From the NCBI GenBank assembly GCA_951406725.2, contig OX597817.1, positions 50,592,001-50,656,000 of the forward strand: a stretch of 64,000 bases of DNA, read 5' to 3'. Within the stretch, counting starts at the first letter, position 1. Every line of letters begins with the position of its first letter. The position numbers and the translations under genes were made by a program. This document shows, in pieces, positions 56,107 to 64,000 of this stretch. This stretch comes from Octopus vulgaris (taxonomy: Eukaryota). The notes below the pieces were generated by a model that was not told the DNA's origin, ran no database searches, and saw nothing but the letters and a program-made list of their open reading frames with translations.

Positions 56107-56715
56107 ATATGTATATTAATATCGCTGTGTGAGTGCATGCTTGTGTGTATGCAATATTTGTCACACTTCCTGAATAAATGTGAATGAAATAATGTAAATT
56201 TACAAAGCAATATTTTTAGTAAAATAAAAATGTGCGAACAAACCCCGTCTAGAGATGTGCTTTCTTTTTGCGAACCAACAAAATATTTATGCTATTTAAA
56301 GGAAAGGAAATACAATACCCTAATCTTCGCCTTTTCGCCAAGATCCATATCGATGTAATCAAATTTATCTGTGTAAATATTTTCAATGGTGGCTTGAGAA
56401 GAATAATATTCGTGTTAGCGGCTTTGCAGGAATTTAATTATCGCTCTTCAGTATTTAAAATTTTGTTTAATTACAACACCATCAGACAACTATTAAAAGC
56501 AGGTGACATACACAAGCTACGTTTTGAAAAGATCCTGCTCTAATTGGCTCAATTATCAGATAACTCACCTCTACCATCTGTACTGAAAACCAACCCGCTA
56601 AGTATTAGTTTTGGGGAGTTACAGGGATGAAGGCGTGAATCCTGTTTCCCGCTTAAGCACAGGATCATGTTAGTATGTAGGTAACGCGGAGGAGCGCGAT
56701 ATGTGTGTATATTCA

Positions 56716-56776
<61 letters not shown>

Positions 56777-57621
56777 GAGTGTGTGCGTGTGTGTGTATTT
56801 ATTCTTGAACATGTGTGCGTACATGCCCGTGCAGGGGCGCGTGTGCCTCGGCGTGTGTTTGTACTCTGGTGTGTGTAATTATATCTGTACGTCTCACAGT
56901 ATACATACAGATATGTGTGTGTGAGTGCGTACGAACACAAAGAGACATAGAGAAGAGAGAGGGAGAGAGAGAGGCAAGAAGGAGAAAAGAAAGAAGGGTC
57001 AGCTCATTGAGAAACTGAAGTTTTGTTTTATCTGGCTAAGAAATGTAGGCTTGCCGTGAACAGAATATGCTATGTAGGTTTACCGTAAAGTGACTAGGAA
57101 CTGTAAGTTTGTCGTAAGGTGACTAGAAACGGTGGGTCCGTTATAAAAGAAGAACTGTATGTTTGCCGTAAACTGATCAGGATGCTTACAGATGGCATTT
57201 GTGCGTGTGTGGAATGATAAAGCAGAATGCAGACAAGTATGATTTCCATTTGAATATAGCGGCTTTAGACGTGCCATCAAGTAAGGCTTCGTAAGCTGAG
57301 TAGAAATATAGATTCCTAATGTAACTGGCACAACTGACACTACAGTGTAAAGAGAGAACGAGGGAGATAATATTGAAGTATCCTGTAAGTATGTTTGGTT
57401 CGTAAATATAAACTTCGCCTGGCGTAGCTGTGTGGTAAGAAGTTTGCTTCTCGTGCACTTTTTTCCTGGTACACTCCTACTAAGTGGCACCTTCAATGGA
57501 TGAATTCCGGCCTAAATTTTTGTAGACGTAAACTGAAACAGGGCCCGTCGCGCGAATGAATGTACACATGATATGTATATATGTGTGTATGTATGTATAT
57601 GTTTATATGTTTATATACTCT

Positions 57622-58014
57622 TACTCTTTACTCTCTTTTACTTGTTTCAGTCATTTGACTGCGACCATGCTGGAGCACCGCCTTTAGTCGAGCAAATCAA
57701 TCCCAGGACTTATTCTTTAGAAGCCTAGTACTTATTCTATCGGTCTCTTTTGCCGAACCACTAAGTTACGGTGACGTAAACACACCACCATCCGTTGTCA
57801 AGCGATGTGGGGGGACAAAAATATACACACACTTACATATATATACATATATATATACGATGGGCTTCTTTCAGATTCCGTCTACCAAATCCACTGATAA
57901 GGCTTGGTCGGCCCGATGCTATAGTAGAAGACACTTGGCCATGGTGCCATGCAGTGGGAATGGACACGGAACCATGTGGTTGGTAAGCAAGCTACTTACC
58001 ACACAGCCACTCCT
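57622..58014 (-). mobile_element. SINE A
   Basis: Family match. A degenerate plus-strand head also lies at 57420-57550. Confidence 0.82.
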
Positions 58015-58293
58015 GTATTATTAACCAGCTCAGGAAAGGAATTCATTCAGAGGGGTGTATAAAACATCCAGTTCACCGGTACATCTGTTGAATGCCACAT
58101 AAATAGTGGTATAATGCAAATAATGTATATAAGTCGAAACATATTCTTGGCTTCTTGGTTTTTAAATAATTTTTTGGTGTCTTATATTATATTCATAGTA
58201 TACTATGTTATAATATGAATAAATAAATCGATTGTCAATTGAATCTCTCTATTTAATTTCATTGTATATATATATGTGTGTGTGTGTGTGTAA

Positions 58294-58680
58294 TTAATAT
58301 TGAAAGAAGGAAAATGGAGAAAATGGATGTATGGATAATTTATTTGTATGATATAGATATGTTGAACTTTTTTTATAAAAATCATACAAATAAATTATAA
58401 GTTGTAAAGCTCACAAAGAAATGGAAGATCCCTCTCCCATTCTTTTTGAGCATTACAACTTATTTGTATTGCATTTGTATCAACATATTTATATCCTACA
58501 AATAAATTGTCCATACATCCATTTTTCTCCATTTTCTTTCTTTCAATATTAATGATATGTATTGCTATAATAATCCCTAAGATATTGCAGAAACTTTCTC
58601 CTTACATGATAGTGATTAACCAGTGGGATTTTGGGGGATTATATAATCCGTAATGTAGATCTAATATAACCGAATTAACC
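58294..58680 (+). mobile_element. Aged fold-back element (imperfect palindrome plus tail)
   Basis: ATTAATATTGAAAGAAGGAAAATGGAGAAAATGGATGTATGG pairs with CCATACATCCATTTTTCTCCATTTTCTTTCTTTCAATATTAAT. Centre about 58430, tail runs to (AT)n. Confidence 0.65.
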
Positions 58681-58696
58681 ATATATATGTATATAT

Positions 58697-59335
58697 GGCG
58701 GTATGGTAAGTAGCTTGCTTACGAACCATATGTTTCGAAGCTCAGTCCCACTCCATGGCACCTTGGGCAAGTGTCTTTTACTATAGCCTCGGGCCGACCA
58801 AAGCTTTGTGAGTGGATTTGGTAGGCGGAAACTGAAAGAAGACCGTCGTATATATGTATATATATATGTATGTGTGTGTATATGTTTGTGTGTCTGTGTT
58901 TGTCCCCCCCCCCCCCACATCGCTTCACAACCGATGCTGGTGTTTTTTACGTCCCCGTAACTTAGCGGTTCGGCAAAAGAGACTGATAGAATAAGTACTA
59001 GGCTTACAAAGAATAAGTCCTGGGGTCGATTAGCTCGACTAAAGGCGGTGCTCCAGTATGGCTACAGTCAAGTGACTGAAACAAGTAAAAGAGTATACAC
59101 ACATACATATACGTATTTGTATGTGTCTGTGTTTATTTTATATCCCACCGACGCTTGACAACCGGTGTTGGTATGCTTACGTCCGCATATCCTAGCCTTT
59201 CGGCAAAAGAGTCATGTAGAACGAGTACCACGCCTTAAAATATAAGTGATGGTTTCGTTCCGTTCGACTAAATGCCTTTAAGGCGGTGCCCCAGCATGGC
59301 CTCAGTCTAATATGTGAAACAAATAAACGATAAAA
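58697..59335 (+). mobile_element. SINE A plus a second diverged 3' half
   Basis: 58697-59094 is near full length. 59120-59335 is an older 3' half. Confidence 0.8.
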
Positions 59336-60108
59336 AATAAAGATACATAATTTACACTAGTTAAACATTATGACCATGTTGTGTAAAACAATATCCCCAG
59401 AGAACCTCACCACAATATGCTGCAAAAATTAATAACGATCGCTGGCGTATCTATTCTTAATACGCTCCGGTAGATTCTGCTTATCTCTCATGCGCTTCGT
59501 CACAGAATAGCTTTTCCTTCACAGCGAAAATGGTTTCATAACACTCTTGATTCATTAGCTCAAGGAATTCTAGGACAGCAAGTATGTTGACATTGTTGTC
59601 ACTCGAGAATCAGAGGTAAACCGAACCTATGAATTTAACAAGGACAGATGCTCATGTTTATAACTGCAGTGAAAACTGTGTGCTGATCCGTACTGATGTT
59701 TGGCAACTGGAAATATTGCATCTTCTGTTTTGAAGTTAGCTCTAAGATATTAAAACGTGCATATTATGTAACCGTAAACATATGAATTTCGCAATAGGAA
59801 AACAGGCTGAGGCAAATTTTCCGATACATGTTTCTCCATTAGTTCAGTGCAGTTAGAATCCCAAAATACATATTCTGCGAGAAGAACACGCAAGAGAAAT
59901 TATAAAATAAGGTTACGCTCTTTAACACTGTTCATAAGTGACATATTACGGATTTAATTCTTTTCAAAATGATATTCTATCAAAAGTTATTTCAAATTCA
60001 AGCCATCTTTGAGTAAATTACCTATTACGTTCAACATTAACATACAATATGGTTCCATGTTATCTGTCATTCCTATGGAATGAATAAGAATAGGTAACAG
60101 CAACATAG

Positions 60109-60598
60109 TGGAGGCGCAATGGTTCAGTGGTTAGGGCAGCGGACTCGCGGTCGTAAGAACGCGGTTTCGATTCCCAGACTGGGCATTTTAAGTGTTTATT
60201 GAGCAAAAACACATAAGCTCCACGAGGCTCCGGCGGGGGAAGGTGAGAACCCCGCTGTACTCTTTCACCACATCTTTCTCTCACACTTTCTTCCTACTTC
60301 TGCCGCAAAGCAGAGGAACCATGGTGTAACCCACTATACTGTGATAAACGTTCAGACCCTAGTCTAGATTGCGAATCCTCTGTATCCCAGGATGGTTCAG
60401 CTCTCCACCCGTTAAAAGCCACCCTTTACGGAATGAGGATAACAACGTAGATTTCGCGCCCGTGCAACCGCCAGTTTATCGCGCGTGGTGAGTGGATCTT
60501 CAAGTTGCCACACGCATTCTTAGTAGCTTAGAGTAGGCTCGAATTAGAGATTATTCTTTGTGGCTGATGGCGTGAGTCGTGATTGGAAGAAGAAGAAG
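60109..60598 (+). mobile_element. SINE B (tail type 5, (GAA)n end) with 12-bp TSD
   Basis: TSD ACAGCAACATAG at 60097-60108 and 60599-60610. Confidence 0.85.
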
Positions 60599-61440
60599 AC
60601 AGCAACATAGGGAAGGCGCGTGACCCTTCGGCTAGGGTGTTAGAACCATGATCGGAAGACCCTGGCTTCGATTCTTGGACGAAATGGTGCGGTGTGTTCG
60701 TGAGTAGAAAACTTCATTCCACATTCCTCTAGCCCAGTAAATGAGTGACCCTGCGTGTGCCCGATATTCCGTTCAGAAAGAGCGTGTGATTTCAGTATTT
60801 TATACGACATAGGAAGCGTGTAAACGGCTCAACGAATTCTTGGACTCGAAACTGCACTTACCACTAATATAACAATATCAATTCAAACAATTATTCACTA
60901 CGCATTTGGTATTTTGCCGAAATCAAAAATCAATAATACACAGAACTGGATTCCTTCAATGCCTTTAACGAGATTAGAAGCGAAGGACATTGTATTCAGA
61001 AGCATACAATGAGTCGTCACGTTATCCGATTCCATGATTACATTAATCGTTGTGTTCATGTTTGGCTAAAAACGGACACAAAAGGGCTGGAATAGGTTTC
61101 ACAAGTGTTTATCAAAGCCGCTGGACAATATGGATATGACTTTTGTCAAATAACTTTTTAATGTGTTTGATCTTCGTCCGAAACGTTTACTTTTTTCTGT
61201 TCAATTTCTTTTTTTTTTTTTTATTTACAATGAGCTATCTCGTAGGTAAAATTCCAGAAATGTGGATACATCTGAATAAATATTTACTCAACACCGCCCA
61301 CACCGAAACACACACACGCACACACACACACAGACACTCACGCATTTGCAACCACACACACATATGTATATATACACACATTTATACGCATATATATATA
61401 TATATATATATACGCATGTATATATATATATACATATATT

Positions 61441-61764
61441 AATCAATATAGGGTGGCAAAAAAATTTTGTAGAATTCTTTTGCCACCAGCGGCCTAGTAG
61501 GAAAAAATTAAAATAGTCATAGACCATTTTTAAGTTCAACATCAACAATAAAGGAACGGCCATAATAGGCCATTCACCCACTAGAAATAACAGCCAAAGC
61601 TTCAACCGCAAATAAAAGTTAATTCAGTAAACCAGGAGAAAATTTAAAAACATTTACCCTGTAATTTCTTATACGATATACCGTTTCATCTGCTGATTAA
61701 TGGTAAACTAACCTGATTAAATTAAATCAAGCCAATCTTCCACAGGCCCTCAGATTCATCAGTA
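61441..61764 (-). mobile_element. Hammerhead-bearing element between TA runs
   Basis: Minus-strand 3' end CTAGGCCGCTGGTGGCAAAAG...TTTTTGCCACCC forms a hairpin. The 5' junction is 2 nt before the CTGATGA. Confidence 0.72.
61668..61764 (-). ncRNA. Type I hammerhead ribozyme (stem I 5' strand clipped)
   Basis: Minus strand: ta-CTGATGA-atctg[long loop]cagat-GAAA-cgg tata tcg-TA-taag. Confidence 0.68.
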
Positions 61765-61826
61765 TACATATATATATATACGCATTTGCACCCACACTAC
61801 ACACTCCCCTGAAGTGCATATACATA

Positions 61827-61870
<44 letters not shown>

Positions 61871-61872
<2 letters not shown>

Positions 61873-61988
61873 CTCGAAACGTTAAAGACTTGTTTTATTT
61901 ATATTTCCTGAGCGCCATACTAATACAATTGTTTGTTTGTATTCCACCTGCCTTCGTCTTTTGTCTATTTTCATAAAGCTTCCCGTTA
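61871..61988 (+). mobile_element. pLTR-like 3' fragment starting inside a hammerhead
   Basis: (TA)n|GGCTC-GAAACGTT-aaag... The body is related to the reverse complement of 19871-19965 (TTTCCTGAGCG..TTTTCAT..CGTT|ATATA). Confidence 0.55.
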
Positions 61989-61992
61989 TATA

Positions 61993-62040
<48 letters not shown>

Positions 62041-62060
62041 TATATATGTATGTATGTATG

Positions 62061-62127
<67 letters not shown>

Positions 62128-62128
62128 G

Positions 62129-62169
<41 letters not shown>

Positions 62170-62540
62170 ATATATGTATGTATATATATGTATATATATA
62201 TGTATGTATGTATATATGTATATATATATGTATATATATATGTATATATATATATATGTATATATGTATATATATATGTATATATATATGTATATATATA
62301 TGTATATATATATGTATATATATATATATATTATATATATATGTATATATATATATGTATATATATATATGTATATATATATATGTATGTATATATGTAT
62401 ATATATGTATGTATGTATATATATATATATGTATGTATATATATATATATATATATGTATGTATATATATATGTATGTATGTATATATATTTATACATAT
62501 ATATATATAGATAGATAGATAGAGAGATAGATAGATAGAT
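61989..62540. repeat. Long compound (TA)/(TATG) microsatellite
   Basis: Seen directly. Similar tracts lie at 3971-4165, 53200-53690 and elsewhere. Confidence 0.95.
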
Positions 62541-63384
62541 TGAACATATGATTTATATGCATGCACATACATATACACACTTCACTGATAGCAAAATTAT
62601 TTATTCGTGCGCAGGTTTGTTTTGTGTTTAGTCCCGCATGAATAAGTAGTGTATGCATCAGGATGTGTGCGTATATATATGTGTGTGTGTACGATGATAA
62701 TCAATTAGTATGTGCTTGTTTGTTAGACGTATACATATACTTAAGATCATAAATTTGTGCTTATTTCTCTCAATACACAACGCTTCTCTATGAGGCGGCA
62801 ACCATATTTCTCTCCGTATCTGTTCATTCATCTAAAAGTTTTCTCCGAGAATCTCATTGCTTTACCTTTCAAGGAATTTATGGAAATAAAGAAACGCTAG
62901 GCCGACTTTTTTCTTTGATCAAGTTCTTATCAGTTTCCTAGTTCGTATTGTCTTTGATAGTCTTTGGCATTCATTCTTATTATTAACAATCTTTTCTTTT
63001 CTATATTGGCATTCCCATCCTTTTTGCATCATTGCTTTTTACTGATTAATGTTTGTTTTAATTTTGCTTAATTCATTTAAAAAGACCTGCTTTCTTAGAT
63101 AACTGCCATTTACAGCGAGTTTTCAGATTTTCCGCTAATTCAGTACTCATTAGCCCATAACATGCAGTCTGAGAGACTTAACTCACCATATCTATAAAGA
63201 CGCTATCGTGATTCATGCAAGCAATTATTCGCTTAATTTGTTCATTTTGTCTTCCTGACAATCGGCCATTGTTGTTCTCTGTTTATGCGAGTATATATGA
63301 ATATGCGTGCATACAAGTACGTAATTCTCTATAGAAATATTTATGAATGCGTGTCTGTGTGTATATTCACTATCAGTGTATTCT

Positions 63385-63654
63385 TTTATTCCTTCACTTA
63401 TTTCAGGGATTTTCCTGAGGCCATGCTGGAGCACCGCCTTTTATTAGTCGAACAAATCGAACTCAAGTTCTATTCTTTGTAAACACAGCAACGCTGGTTG
63501 TCAAGTTTGGTCTTCAACCACATGGTTCCAGGCTGAGTCCCACTGCGTGTCACCTCGGACAAGTGTCTTCTACTATAGACTAGGGTCGACCAAGGACTCG
63601 TGATTGGGTTTGGTGGACAGAAACTGAGAGAAACCCGTTGTATAGATGTGTGTA

Positions 63655-63696
<42 letters not shown>

Positions 63697-63838
63697 CGCG
63701 TGTTTGCTTTCGCGCATTTATCCTACACAACCAGTAGGTGTATTTATGCCTCCGTAACTTAGCGTTTCGGTCAAAGTGAGGGACAGAATAAGTACCTGGC
63801 TTACGAAAAATGTAGTGTGGTCAATTCGTTCGACTAAA
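63385..63838. mobile_element. Two SINE A fragments in opposite orientation
   Basis: Minus-strand 3' part at 63385-63500 and plus-strand copy at 63516-63838. Confidence 0.7.
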
Positions 63839-64000
63839 TCTATTCAAAGTAGTGAGCATGCATTGTCATGCAACAACAAAATTTCCTTCGACAATAGGCT
63901 TCGGCGTTTAGTGCAAATTGCTGGCTTCAGTTTGTTGGCCAGCAAAGCACTATACCTTGCATTATTGATTGTACACCCCTTTTCGTGGTAGTCTTCCAGT

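Overview
AT-rich, microsatellite-dense eukaryotic non-genic DNA. The SINE families look like those of octopus; this is an inference from recognition and was not checked. No host protein-coding gene could be supported, and almost all ORF-track entries are translations of (TA)n/(CA)n/(GA)n/(TATG)n tracts or SINEs. The window holds (1) about 40 tRNA-derived SINE copies in four families; (2) decayed LINE pieces (Tx1/L1-like ORF1 and RT, CR1-like RT and 3' end); (3) mariner remnants, Helitrons (one nested in a mariner, one keeping an open PIF1-type helicase fragment) and MITEs with 8-9 bp TSDs. (4) The most striking signal is a recurrent class of short (0.2-0.7 kb), non-coding, mutually divergent elements inserted in (TA)n tracts. 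They are built as near-perfect fold-back palindromes plus a tail, or as about 1.1-1.4 tandem monomers of 349-548 nt. At least nine carry a readable type I hammerhead ribozyme, with covariation between two paralogues. They look like a Penelope-pLTR/retrozyme-like mobile RNA system that targets TA microsatellites.
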